Shown piece by piece: positions 36,833 through 50,801 of a stretch of DNA of 64,000 nucleotides (position 1 is the stretch's first letter; the number at the start of each line of letters is the position of its first letter). The DNA is from Azolla caroliniana. Taxonomy: Eukaryota > Plantae > Polypodiophyta. The position numbers and the translations under genes are program-made. The stretch is from contig JBHGNT010000001.1 in assembly GCA_043228905.1 (NCBI GenBank), positions 13,764,001 through 13,828,000 of the forward strand, read 5' to 3'. Under the pieces are notes generated by a model that did no database searches, was not told where the DNA came from, and saw only the letters and a list, made by a program, of their open reading frames with translations.

Positions 36833-39597
36833 GGTGTTGTCCGCCGGAATAGTAATCGACGGCCAAAATCGTAGGAATAAGAAACTATATAAACGTAACG
36901 TATGCAACGGTTCACGCGGGAAGCGTAAATGGCTAATTAGGCCCTGCATATATAAAGGGCAGAAAACCTCTTCAGGAGGTGCATGTAATTTTTGGGAAAT
37001 GTAAAAGAACGCCTGATAATAAAATACTATCTTCTCTGAGTTTCTGTGTATAGCTGCGACTAATTCAGTGTCTGTGTCTCGGATACGTAAGCGTAGTAGT
37101 ACGTAAGTGCAACCTGTGATAAGGAGTCAGTTGTAGCCGTCTCCCCGTACACACGGAGGAATCACAGAGGTTCTCTCCTTACGCAGTACGCTTAAGCTCT
37201 GTTCGTTGTTCCACATTCACCTTGGGGTCTAGGTCGAAGGACTGACCACGGACCGTGTTCCTAAGAGGCAACAGATAGCCGAATTTTGTCGTCGGCGTCT
37301 TGAACACACAATCATGGAGTCGGGTGGGCTTAGTGGATTTTCGAAACCACACGCTCTGATACCATGTTAAGAATTAGGTAAGTAATTAAGTAAGGGTTAA
37401 TTAATACCTAATTATGTGATTAAGTTAAGCGGAAGATTAAGTGATATGTGTGTGTATGTGTGTGAGAGGAAGAGAGAGAGAGAGAGATACACTTATGAAC
37501 AACACAAGATGGGGGATGAGTAAGTATATTAAATTAGCATTATCATCATCATCATCATCATCAAATACAAAAATACCCACAATGAGGTATATATAGATCT
37601 CATGTGCAATGGTGCACATTTGTGAGGATAATATAGGTACAAAAGTGTAAGTCCTATATTAAATGTACTTAGGAGTGGGGGATCTTGAATATCCCCCTTA
37701 AGTACAAGGTCCTATTTAAGGCATTATAGTCAACACTTCTAACTAGATTCTATCTAGGTAACTGCGAAGTTACATGGTTGACTAACTAACTAAACTAAGT
37801 TGAGCTTGATCTCTCAACAATTTCTCTCTTTCTGTGGGACATTAAAGTACTCATCTAAATCATACAGACACTTACTTGTTCAGCTGGCAAGCTGAACCAG
37901 ATCCGGATCGGTATCCGGAGCATAGAATTGGATCGGTGTCTGGATAGATTGGATCTGGAACCTAGAGTCAGACCGGAGAACTACATCGTACTCTGGAATA
38001 GTGTGAACCGGTAGGATGTTGAAGGTCTACGGTCTAAGCCTAGTACGTAGGCATAGTCCTTGGAGTGAGTGGACAGGCTCATATATGAGCACCAAGTACT
38101 TATGGTACTTGTGTCAGTCCGTGTAAGGACGTGTATAAAAGTGCTCTCTGAGCACATTCGATGTACAAAGTATTCTATTTTGAATTGAGTTTTTGTTCTG
38201 GTCTCTTTGTCTGTCTCTCTCGTGTATTCAAGCTTTCCATTAAATCTTTGTTCTGTGTTTTGTTGTTATCCACACTAAGCCGGTTTTGTCTTAGCTTCCG
38301 CACAATATCTTTTACTTGGTATCTGTTGGCATAAAAGGCCAACTCCTTCCACTTTGTATCCTAATGTGAACTCGTGCATATAGTTAGGGCTTAGTATATA
38401 AGTGATAACCTAACGTTGTAAAGAAACATCTCTTGATCATCTTGTACATCGAGTCTCTGAGGGAGAGAGAGAACGTAATAACAAACCTTCCCTTAAAGCT
38501 CAAACTGTCTATAGCTTCTGTCTATTCTCTTGTCCTCCTTTTGTGTTGTTTGCTGAGCATAACCGATAGTTCCTCACATACATTTCCGCGCATATGTGTC
38601 TCTCAACTAGTATCAGAGCGACTTGCTACTCGATGACAACGAACAACAGAAAAAAGAAAACTAAAAGAAAAAAGACCAGGTTAGTAAAATCTCACAATCA
38701 AAGAAGAATATGGCTTCAACATTCGGAACAAGAGTTGAAATCAGAAAATTCGATGGCAAAAACTTTGCCCTTTGGAAGGAGATGATGCAAAATGTGTTGA
38801 TCATCAAAAGACAAGTCGAAGTCATTCGACACAGTGAAAAACCTGCCTCGATAACATATGAAGAGTGGAGATCTACAGAAGAAATTGCATCCAAATGCAT
38901 TTGGCCGAAAACGTCTACTTCAGCATGGCAAAAGAGACAACACGTTCTCATTGTGGGAGAAGCTACAAGCCGTGTACGAGAAAAAGCCCTCATCTTCAAA
39001 ACTGATCTTGATCAAACAATTGTTCAACATGAAGATGAGAGAAACCGATCCGGCCACCTCCCACATCAACACCTTCAGTCGGGTGTTGTCAAAACTCTCC
39101 TCACAAGGGTGTTGATAATGAGTGCGTTTTGCGGAAACGTGTATGGATCTGTTGTCGGTTATGAACAACAAACAACGCATACAGAAAAATAGAATAGGCG
39201 TAGACTTACACAGTGCAAGCTTTAATGGAAAGCCTTATTGCTTCGTTCTCACTCTCTTTCAGAGATACAATACACAAAACCAGAGAATCAGTTCTCTATC
39301 TCTTCATCTCTCTTCCACTCGTCACACTATACAATGTTAGGTATTCACTTATATACTAAGCCCTAACTTATTGATCAGTTCACACTTGGACGGATACAAT
39401 TTGGAAGGAGTCGGCCTTTTATGGCAACAAACTCCCCCGTAAAAGGACACCTCTTTCATACATATACAAATACTTGGGGTTATCTCCCCCATATACAAGT
39501 CTGTCGGCATGAAGACGAGTCAATAGAGGTATAGTATGAGTGTCGATCAACTCTTACTTGCTGCTCCTCGTTCGTCTTTCTTTTGCTCAGTCTCTTG

Positions 39598-42500
39598 TCA
39601 TAGTCCCATCTTCGTCCTTAGTGTTCTAGAGCGTTGATCTGGGAGTGGCTTCGTTATGCAATCGACGATGTTCACCTTGGTGTCGATCTTCCAAACTTGG
39701 AGTTTCTTTTCGGTCATGAGCTCCCAGATATGATGATACCGCACCTCAATGTGCTTCTTCTTCACATGGTAGATGAGATTGTTCATGAGGTGTATTGCGC
39801 TTTGTGAGTCGCAATAGATGGTCAGTCTATTCGGCTTGCAGTTCCGAAGTCGACAGACAACAGGTGTAGCCATATCGCTTCCTTCGTTGCTTCCAATGCT
39901 GCTATGTACTCAGTTTCTGTGGTAGACAAAGTGTGCACTCTTGAAGTTTTGATCTCCATGATATTGCACCACTATCATAGGTGAATGTGTAGCCTGATGT
40001 TGATTTCCGATTATCTGTATTTCCAGCATAGTCGGAATCGGTGTAGCCTTCGACTTCGGTTGACGTTGTCAGTCCGAAAGTCAGTTGTGCATCTGTGGTT
40101 CCTTTTAGATACCTAAGGATGTGCTTGATGGCCTCCAAATGCTTCCTTCTTGGGTTAGACATATACCGGCTGACCACCCCTACGACATAGGCTAGGTTGG
40201 GTCGGGTCGCCACCATTGCGTACATGATACTTCCTACAGCCGATGAGTAGGGTATCTTTCCATTAAGTTCTCTCTCCTTGTCTGTTGAAGGAGAGTCTCT
40301 GTCTGATAGTCTGATCAACGTCGGAAGTGATGTCGGTGATGGCTTCGCATTCTCCATGTTGAAGTGCTTCAGCACCTTGCGGGTGTATTCAGATTGGGAG
40401 AGTCAGAGAGTTTTGGTCGTCCGATTTCACTCTATCCTCATGCCTAGTATGTGTCCGGCTTGTCCGAGTTCCTTCATCGTGAACTTTGCGTAAAGGCTCC
40501 ACTTCAACTTACCAATCTCTGCTTGATTTCTCCCTTCAATCAACATGTCATCGACATATAGGATCAGGTAGATCCTGGAGTCGTCAGCTAGTTGCCGAAC
40601 ATACATGCATGGGTCGGAGTCCGATCTGTTGTATCCAAGTTGCGGTATGTAGGAGTCAAACTTCTGGTACCACATTCTCGGTGCTTGTTTGAGGCCATAT
40701 AGACCTTTCTTTAGTCAACATACGAGGTGATTGTCCTCCCCTATCGCCGTGTAGCCTACCGGTTGAGACATGTATATGTCTTCTTCTAGATCTCCATGTA
40801 GGAATGCCGTCTTTACATCCATCTGCTCGAGCTCAAGGTCTTCTATTGCCACAACTCCTAATAGGAGTCGGAGGGTGGTCATCTTGACTACTGGTGAGAA
40901 TATGTCGTCGTAGTCGACCCCGTATTCCTGTTTAAATCCCTTTGTGCCAAGCTGAGCATTGTACTTGGGTTTCTCTAAGCCGGATACATAGTTGTATTGG
41001 AACACCTATTTGCAAGGTAGCGGCTTTCTTCCTGTTGGTAGTTCGACCAGCTCCCATGTCTGATTCTAGTGAATCGAGTCCATTTCGGATTTCATGGCTT
41101 GTAGCCATGTTTCGGCGTCCGGTGCGGCCATAGCTTCTTCAGATGTGCTTGGTTCACCTACATTCGTGTAGTTGACGTAGTCAAGGCCTGGTTGATAGAA
41201 CTCTGTTTTCCTTCGAGCTCATCCAGATCTACTGGGTGCCGTGATGTTAGGTTCAGATCCTTCGATCGGTTCTGTTGGTCGATTGGTATTTGTTGAACCA
41301 TCTATATTAGGAGTCTTGTTAGGTTTCTCACCCCCAATTTGGGATTTCAGCGGTGTTAGGTTTTTCTCCCATGTGGTTGTCGGCGATGCTTTTCCTTCGA
41401 GCTCATCCAGATCTACTGGGTGCCGTGATGTTAGGTTCAGATCCTTCGATCGGTTCTGTTGGTCGATTGGTATTTGTTGAACCATTTGTATTAGGAGTCT
41501 TGTTAGGTTTCTCACCCCCAATTTGGGATTTCGGCGGTGTTAGGTTTTTCTCCCATGTGGTTGTCAGCGATGCTTTTTTGACTTGCCTCTTGGTGACTCT
41601 ACCTTTATCGATCCTTGTCAATTTGGTTGTGTCTTTGATGACTTTGTCTTTGAGTTTGACGATGGGACTTGTTGCCGATTCAATGTCGGCAGGGAAGTAG
41701 TCATCTGGTTGGAGTTCAACTGTCAGTTAACTCTCTGATTTCAGCCCGGTGGGGCGGTCCTTCTACGACAGTTCTGTCATCTTCGAAGGATACGTTCTTA
41801 CCAGCTTTTTTTTGCTGGTTGCTCTGAGAGAAGATTGAGTCTTCATTGAAGACCACGTCACTGCTCTGGATCAGTTTCCGGTTCTCAGGGTCCCATAGCC
41901 TGTAGCCGAAGTTCCCATCGGCTCCATAACCGAGAAATATGCACTTCGTTGCATGGGGTGCCAACTTCGTCCTTTTGTCCCTGGGGATGAACGCATAGGC
42001 TTCACATCCGAATATATAGAGCCTATCGTAGGTCGGTTGTTTGCCTAACCATAGTGCCTGTGGCACTTCGAGCCTGATTGCTTTTGCCAACGCTAGATTT
42101 ATCAGGTGCACTGCCGTCTACAATGCCTCGGCCCAGAATTCCAGCTACAGTCCGACTTGCTGGAGCATTGTCGTCACCCTCTCTTGGATCATCCTGTTGA
42201 TCCGTTTTGCCACTCCATTTTGCATGGGTGTGTAGGGAACGGTCTTTTGGTGTCGGATCCTTTTTCCGGACAGGTACTGTTTGAAGGCTCTAGAGGTGTA
42301 CTCACCTCCGTTGTCGGATCGGAGTATCTTCACTCTGTATCCTGACCGGTTCTCCATTTCAGATATCCATCGAGTGAAGACCTCAAGCGCTTCATCTTTG
42401 GACTTGATGGAGTATGCCCAAAATTTCCGTGTATAGTCATCTACAAATGTGATGAAGTGTCGGGAGCCTCCTAGTGATCGCTCTGGCATGGGCTCACATA

Positions 42501-44023
42501 TGTCTATGTGCATGAGCTCTAGGGGCTGTCATACCGTCTCGTAGTGGAGAGAGTGTAGACTTTGGGTCTGTTACCCATAGTGACAATGCTCGTAGAAGTC
42601 CTTCTTTGCTTGGATTTTCGGGATGTAGCCGACCGACATCAACCGATCAAGTTCGGCTTGTGACATATGGCCTAGTCGACCATGCCATAGGTTTGGGTCA
42701 GTCTTTTCGGCTACATTCACGGCCCTTCAGGGTTGATCGCCATCAAAGGGTACAAATTATTGTACTTGTACCCACTCTCGACTTTGAGGTTTCCTCGGCT
42801 GATCACCCATGTCGACTCGTATAGAGTTGTTCTGTACCCGTCTTCGGCTAACATGCCAATGGAGACTAGACTCCTATTTAGATCAGGTACGTGCCGAACT
42901 TGGTGAAGGGTTATTATGTTGCCATTTGGCAATTTGATGGGAACTTCTCCACTTCCTGCTATCTTGCACTCCTGCCCGTTTCTTAGTCGGATTGTGCCGC
43001 TGGCGTCGACTGAATAGTTTGAAAACCATTCAATGTTCAGGATCATGTGCAATGTGGCAGTAGAGTCTACTAGCCACGTGTGTGCAACTTGTGCATTGTA
43101 GAGAACTTCTCCGATCATCGAATCCTCTAGGGAGACGATTTCTCCAGATCGGATGTCGGCAACATTGACCTGGTTGTCGACTAGAAAGTGGTCTGAGTCG
43201 GAATGTCCCTGATTCCGCTTGGATCGTCGAACACTCTCTTTTCTATTTATTGACTAGCAATCGGAAATCTTGTGGCCAACTTTCCTGCAGTGTGTGCAAT
43301 ACTCGCTTGATTGGCCTTTTTTCGACTTCAACCGTTGTCGGTCTCCCCTTGTTTTCGCTCGAATGTAGCGTCGACCGATTCTGCTGGCTTGTTCTTTCAT
43401 TCAACTTTGTCGGTCGAGTGAGGGGCTTCTGCCGACTCATCGATGGTTAGTCCCATCGATTTTCGCCGAATGTCCTCTGTGAGGACTTGGCCGATTGTTT
43501 CGTCCAGATTCAGGATTGGTCGACTATTGGCGTATGTTGTGCAGAATACCTCCCAACTCGCCGGCAAGCTCGATAGGAGGGCAAGGGATTTCACTTCTTC
43601 TTCGAAGTTGATCCCTTGTAACGAGAGCTCAAACAACACTCGGCTGAAGGTGTTGATGTGGGAAGTTTCCGGATCGGCCTCTCTCATCTTCATGGTAAAC
43701 AATTGTTTGATCAAAATCAATTTTGAAGATGAGGACTTTTTTTCATAAACGGCCTATAGCTTCTCCGACAATGAGAACACTATCATCTCTTTCGCCATGC
43801 TGAAATAGACCTTTTCGGCCAGATGCATTCGGATGGTGGAGCATGCGATTTCGTCCGTTGATCTCCACTCCTTGGCTATCATTGAAGTAGTTTTTTCGTT
43901 GTGCCGAAGGACTTTGACCTGTCTTCAAATGATCAACACATCCTGCATCATCTCCTTCCACAAGGATAAGTTTTTGCCGTCGAATTTTGTGATTTCAAAT
44001 CCTATTCCGGGTGTTGAAGCCAT
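39598..44023 (-). pseudogene. gag-pol: Copia gag-pol
   Basis: [66 protein letters not shown]. Confidence 0.95.
41210..41577. repeat. Tandem duplication, period 184 bp, in the IN-RT linker
   Basis: CCTTCGAGCTCATCCAGATC at 41210 and 41394. Confidence 0.95.
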
Positions 44024-44421
44024 ATTCTTTTTGTGAACTTGAGATTTCGGACCTGGTTTTTTCTTTCAACTTCTTCTGTTGTCTGTTGCCGCCAAACAGC
44101 AAAGATTCACTCTGATACTAGTTGTTGATAAGGAATGTATTTGCGAAAACGTGTATGGATCTATTGTCAATTATGAACAGCAAACAACACAGACAGAAAA
44201 ATAAAATAGGCGTAGAATAACAAAGTGCAAGCTTTAATGGAAAGCTTTAATGCTTCGTTCTCACTCTCTCTCAGAGATACAATACACAAAAGCAGAAAAT
44301 CAATTCTCTGTCTCTTCGTCTCTCTTCCTCTCATCACACTATACAATGTTAGGTATTCTCTTACTCTATTTTTCTGTCTACGTTGTTTGTTGTTCATAAC
44401 CGACAACAGATCCATACACGT

Positions 44422-47400
44422 TGTCGTGGAGAAAACCGTCCCTAGGCGGAATCGGAGAAAAATGTGCACGAACTGGCCCTTATACGTAGGCACAAGTTTT
44501 GTTGTAATATATATATTTAGGTACAAGTTGGCAGATGTTAATATCCTAGGTAGCACACATTTGTTAGGTAGAAAATCGAGGCATATCTCTGTCTGAAAAG
44601 ACAGAGAGTAAGGATGATGTAACGGGTCGTGACGGCCTCCCTCCTTGGGCTATAAAAGAGAGGGAGAGGAATCATAATGGGGATCGCGGTTGTCGAGGAC
44701 GAAGTGTTGTCGGACTGGAACCGAGCTCTTCTCCTCCATCTTTCTTTGTGTTTATGTTGTGCAGGTTTTCGGGAGGCTGACTCTGCTCAGCGGAATGCCC
44801 AAGTGCTTCCAACAGAGTCTCCATCTCGCATCTGTGTGCGTGTGTGCGTGTAGGCGTCAGTGCGGAGGATAGGCGACTGGCCGGATTCCCTCGGGTGGCT
44901 ATGTCGAGCATCTACGCGGAGGTGCTCGAGGTACGGGCTGAGAGCCAGACCTGGGAAGAATTTGAAGGTCGGCTCCTTGAGAAATACGGGCTTGATGACG
45001 CGCTTTGGCTATCGAAGCGGGACTTCATGGAATGGGTGGAGACCCCCGTAAAGGGGAGAAATGCGTCAGTGCTCCTCCGGGAGTTTGAAGAACACTTCGC
45101 GCGTCTTTCGATGTTGGACCGGACCGTATTGGACACAAGTCGTATCCTATTGTTTGTTAAATCGGTGGACGTGAGGGACCGGGAGAAAGTGGGCCTCCTA
45201 CTCGAGACCGACAACGGGCTGACGGCTGACTGGGCCGTGGTGAAGAGAGTCTGCGGCCGTTTCGACAAAGTGCGAGATTGGGTCGATAAAGGCTCGGCGG
45301 GGGCAGGCTCTGTTGCGGCAATGAAGCTCGAGGTACCCCCACCAGTGCGAAGGGAGGAGACCCGAGATTGGCTTGAGACCGGTTCAACTTCGACTAACGT
45401 GGTCCAGGGCCCGTCCGGAGGTGCGGCTCTGGAGGAGCTGACTCAGATGGTGAAGGACCTCCAGATTGCATAAGCACGGAGGGACCCACGGCAAACAAGC
45501 CCGCGACCGAAGGCTTCCGGCCGGGCATCGATGCTTGTGGTGCGACATGGTCGGCCACGCCCAGAAGAACTACGGGAATTTCACCGAAGCGATAAGGTCT
45601 AACGTGGTGTACCTGTGGAATGGGAACTGAACGTCGGACGAGGGGGAATGAAGCGGCTGATGGAAGAAGCGGCGGCTCGCCATGCGGAGACCATCCACTA
45701 CTCGACGTCGGCAGGAATCCAGGTCGGCAACAATGAAGTCCGGAAGGCGAAGGACTCTGGGTTCTGGCCGTTGATGCTAGAAGGCCTCGCCGGCGTACGA
45801 TTGAGGAAAGAGGAAGCGGACCGCGCAGAAAGACAAGTCCGGGAGGTAACCGGGTGGAGTGACCCGGTCAAAGAAAAGATGGGCTTCGTAGAAGCTGCGT
45901 GCCCGCACTACAAGGTTTTGGTGGAAGAGGAGCATGCGGGAAAGACCGGAGGGGCTGGATCCTCGCAACAGTATGAGACCCGGTTCGGGCAGATGCAGAA
46001 TGACGTCGGTGCATCCGGCGCGCCGGACAAGACCAAAAAGGCCGGTTACCGGTTGAGTACAGAGATCGAAACGACCACGGACCTACAAAAGGTCTTGGAG
46101 GAACGGATCCTTGACAGCAAAGTGGAGTTGTCGCTGAGGGAAGTGCTCGATATCACCAAAAAGGAGTTCCACGATTCCATCATAGACTTGGTGAAGCGGA
46201 AGAGGCTTTCGACGGAGCCGGAGCCGGAGAAGCTAGTGGAGGTGCGAACAACGCACCTAGAAGACATGGCCCTGGAGGACGAGTTGGCGGAAAGCCACTA
46301 TTCGATGCTACACTGGGCCAGAGCCACTACGGAGACCCCCGTTAAGATCGGAGATGTCCATGAGCCGGTGGTGGTGTTGTTGGACCACGGTTAGGAAATC
46401 AACTTGATGTCCATGGACTTTTACAAGAAGGGCAAGTGGCCGATCAACACCAAGCATGGGTGGAAAATACGAGCGGCGACGCGTGGCCGAACGTACGAGT
46501 GAAAATCGATGATGTCGAGATCGATAAGCACTTCTTCGTGCAGGAGACATCCTCGCATCCGGTGATACTCAGGGAACCGTACATCACAGCGGCGCGAATG
46601 GAGATGAAGGTGCAGGACAACAGTTCGGCGTACGCGCGAGTCAAGAGCTAGGATGGGCGTCACTCCGTCCCGTTTCTGACGGTACGACCGAACCATGAAC
46701 AAAACCGAGAGACCTTTGGTGGCGAAAGCCGAGGGGTTTTTTAGAGAGGGCTATCAAGGTGTGGGGCCGCGATATTCCGGACACTCCGGAAAAACCCCAC
46801 ACATGTGCAATAGGCAAATGAACCTATAACATAGGTAGGAAGTTTTGGTTCTCCGACAGCGGGGGTTGTACAATAGCCGACGTCATTAGCCGGGAGAAGA
46901 AGCGAGCAGAAGAGCGACTCAGGGCATGCAGAGTCCTTGGCCCCGGAGAGGAAATCAACGGAGCCGTGGAGGCGGTCTCTTTTGACGACACCTTGGGGAA
47001 GCTATGGGAGGTGTTCGGAGAGGGCCTTAGTGGAGACCAAATGATTCCGGTATGTACGGAAAAGATGTACGAAGTCATCCCCGACTTCGGTAGAGGACTC
47101 GAGTCGGATCGGATGGCCCGAGTGGATACGAAGTACAAGACTGTGGACCGGAAGGTGAGGCTAGTCATGACACCCTTGTTGGAGGGCAACGAGTTACGGA
47201 TGAAGGGGGTCGTGTCAGACCCAAGTTTACGAGATCCGGCTGGCATAGGACACCGATTCACCGACATAACGTTGCGGGAACTCAAGGTCAGCAGGGGCAG
47301 CTTTCCATTGCCGGCAGAGGAGAGCTGGTTTTGGAGAATGCTCGGGAGGCACGGAAAGGCCTTCGCATTCTCGCCGGAGAAGATCGGATGCGTAGACCCG

Positions 47401-50400
47401 ACAATTGTGGAACCGATGGTGATCTTCACGGCACCGCATGTACCGTGGAATCTCAAACTGATTCCAGTACCCAGAGCTCACATCTCGAAGCTGATGGAGC
47501 TGCTGAAACAAAAGGTGGATATGGGCATCCTCGAACCATCGAGTGCCCCGTATTCTAATTGGCGGTTTACTGTGCGCAAGAAGAACGACATGATGTGCTT
47601 CATTCAGGACCTGCAGCCGGTCAACAAGGTGACCATTCAGAACACAGGAATCGGACCGACCATAGATGAGTTCGCGGAGGCCTTTGCCAGAAGGTCAATT
47701 TACTCGGTTAGTGATCTGTACTTGGGATACGATCAGTTCTAGCTAGCCATGGAGAGCAGGGACATTACGACGATGCGGACTCCCTTCGGCCAAGTACGGA
47801 TGTGTACCCTTCCGCAAGGAGGGATGAACTCGGTAGCCCACATGGTGAACGCAATGAACAAGGTGCTAAGGGATTGTATCCCAGACGTCACCATGTCGTT
47901 CTTAGACGACATCTCGATCAAAGGATGCCTGGTGGAGGATAAGGATGAGACAATCGGACCAGACGGATGCCGAAAATTTGTAGCGGACCACGTCGCTGAC
48001 TGCGAGAAGGTGCTGCGAAGACTAGAAGGCATGAGGCTCACCTTCTCCGGGGAAAAATCGGCCTTCGGGCAATCAGGGATCATGGTTGTCGGACAACTAT
48101 GCAGGCCATATGGTCGGAAACCGTCGCCGGCGAAGGTAGAGGCCATTGCCACGATGAAGCGCGACTGCAATTCGGTCACGGAAGTCTGGAGATTCTTCGG
48201 AGCATGTGCGTTCTACTATATCTGGATCCCGCATTACGCCTATGTCGTGGAGCCTCTCTATGGACTGCTGAAGAAAGGGCATAAATTCGAGTGGAGAGAG
48301 GAGCATACGGAGTCGGTCCGGAAAATAAAAGAAGCACTTGTTTCGGCATCGGGACTCCGGAAAGCGGTCTACGGTAAAGACATTCCGATTTACGTTACCG
48401 TAGACATGAGTCCGACCGGAATCGGATGGGTAATCAACCAGGAGGATGAGAATGGCACGAGGTTCCCCATTCGGTTCGGTGTGAAAGTCCTCAGTGAACG
48501 ACAGCGAGGATACTCCCAGGTTAAACGCGAACTCTAGGGTATCGTTTCGGCGGTCAAGGCCGACAAAGACTACTTGATCGGGACGAAGGTGATAATTGAG
48601 ACGGACTGCCTGTCGATTCTTGGTATGGTTTCCGGATGTGCGACGCCGGACCTGGCAATGCTTAGGTGGATAGCGTACGTCAAGTCCCTGAATCTGGAAA
48701 TATGACATATTTCTGGAAAGGTCAACGTCATGCCCGACATGCTTTCGAGGGCGAGATTCAATGATGAGGACGGCATGGTTTCAGAGGACGAAGAAGTCGG
48801 CGTGGACTTCTTCGAGACAACATATGTAATGACAAGAAAGGGGAGCACCCTGGCTCTTAACGAGTTCGACGAGAGCAAGTACGACAGGGAGTGGCTCCGG
48901 ATCAGCGGGTTCCTGAAGACAATGACACCGGACATGGCGTGGACGAAGGAAGAGACCAACCGGGTTCAGAAGAAAGCATACCGATTCTTCCTACGGGATG
49001 GGTGCATATGGAAGCACCTGAAAAAGAGAAACAACATCCCGCTCCGGGTTGTGGAGAAGAAAGAGGAACAGGTGGAACTGCTGACGGCGTACCACAAGAG
49101 TCCCTGGGCCGGACACCGCGGGACATGGGCCACATTTGAGAAGGTGAAGGGGAAGTACTGGTGGCGAGGACTATACCGGGACATGCATCGGTTCATGACG
49201 ACTTGCGAAAGCTGTCGGATGCACTCCATAGTCCGACATCGAGACCAGCTTCACCCGACCTACCCTCCAACCGTCCACTTCAAGTGGATGGTGGATCTGG
49301 TGACGATGTCGATGGGGGTAGGGTAGATGCGATATCTGGTGCTGGCTCGAGAGGACCTGACAAACCAGGTACAAAGCCGAGCATTGCTAAACAAAACGAC
49401 CGCGGCCGTGTGCCAATTTCTGATCGAAGAAGTGGTATGCCGGTACGGGTGCGTAGGAAAGATCGTAGCCGACCGCGGAGAATTGGACGCACAAGAGGCT
49501 GAAGAGCTATTTGACCGATTAGTTGTTAGACTCTCGCTCACCAGATCGCACAATCTGGAGGCGAACGGGAAGGTGGAACACGGACACGGGCCGATTGTCA
49601 AAGCATTAGTGCGGGAACTGGCCACGGCTCTTACCCTGCGTTGTGGGCCGACCGAACTACGCACGGTTCGGTAACCGGGTTCATGCCGGCGGAGCTGTTG
49701 TATGGACAGAAGCTGGTCATGCCAATGGAGCGAATGATCTCCTCATGGGCCATGGTGGACTGGAGAGACGAGATGAGCCGGGAGGAGTTGTTAGCGGTGC
49801 GGATCCGGCAGCTCGAGCGAAGACCGGAGGATGTGGAGCGAGCCGCGGAAAAGCTGCGGGTTGCCAGGGTAAAGAGCAAGGGACGATTCGACTAGACTCA
49901 CCGACTAAGGCCGAAGAAAATCCAGGAAGGTGACTGGGTTTTGGTTTATGACAGCAGCCTCGACAACCAACACAAGGCGATGCGGAAGTTCGCAAGGAGG
50001 GGGTTCGGGTCTTACGTGGTCACAAGCGCCAACGACAACAGGAACTACCATGTCACAGAGCTTGACGGGACGAGGATGGCGGTAACGGTGGGGGGGAAAA
50101 GGGTCAAAGTGTTCAAAAAGCGGCAAGAGGATGAACCGGACCCGGATGACTTGGATAGCGAGGACAACCGTTTCGGAGCGAATGGCCATTCGGAGGACGA
50201 AGGGTAAGCGCGGGCCGGTCTTCTCCGGCAAGAGTCTATTTTGGCGCATACCGGTGGATGTGCGGTTAGGTGGGGGCGGATGTCATGGAGAAAACCGTCC
50301 CTAGGCGGAATCGGAGAAAAATGTGCTCGAACTGGCCCTTATACGTAGGCACAAGTTTTGTTGTAATATATATATTTAGGTACAAGTCGGCAAATGTGAA

Positions 50401-50765
50401 TATCCTAGGTAGCACGCATTTGTTAGGTAGAAAATCAAGGCGTATCTCTGTCCGAAAGGACAGAGAGTAAAGATGATGTAACGGGTCATGACGGCCTCCC
50501 TCCTTGGGCTATAAAAGAGAGGGAGAGAAATCATAATGGGGATTGCGGTTGTCGAGGACGAAGTGTTGTCGGACTGGGACCGAGCTCTTCTCCTTCGTCT
50601 TTCTTTGTGTTTGCATTGTGCAGGTTTTCAGGAGGCTGACTCTACTCCGCGAAACGCCCGAGTGCTTCCGGCAGAGTCTCCATCTCGTGTCTGTGTGCGT
50701 GTGTGTGTGTGCATGTAGGCGTCAATGCTTATCACTCACCAGCCCGCCGGTTGTAACTCCTTTCA

Positions 50766-50801
<36 letters not shown>

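Larger units (their letters stand above)
28291..37273 (+). mobile_element. Full-length non-chromovirus Ty3/gypsy (Athila/Phygy-like) with an extra 3' ORF
   Basis: LTRs 28291-28688 and 36835-37273; TSD GATAG; order PR-RT-RH-IN; no chromodomain or additional RNase H seen. Confidence 0.97.
25871..37819 (-). mobile_element. Internally deleted Ty1/copia (most of gag and RT/RNase H lost), interrupted by a gypsy
   Basis: LTRs 25871-26302 (outer end clipped) and 37365-37819; PBS-iMet 37353-37364; coding remnants 26410-28209. Confidence 0.88.
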
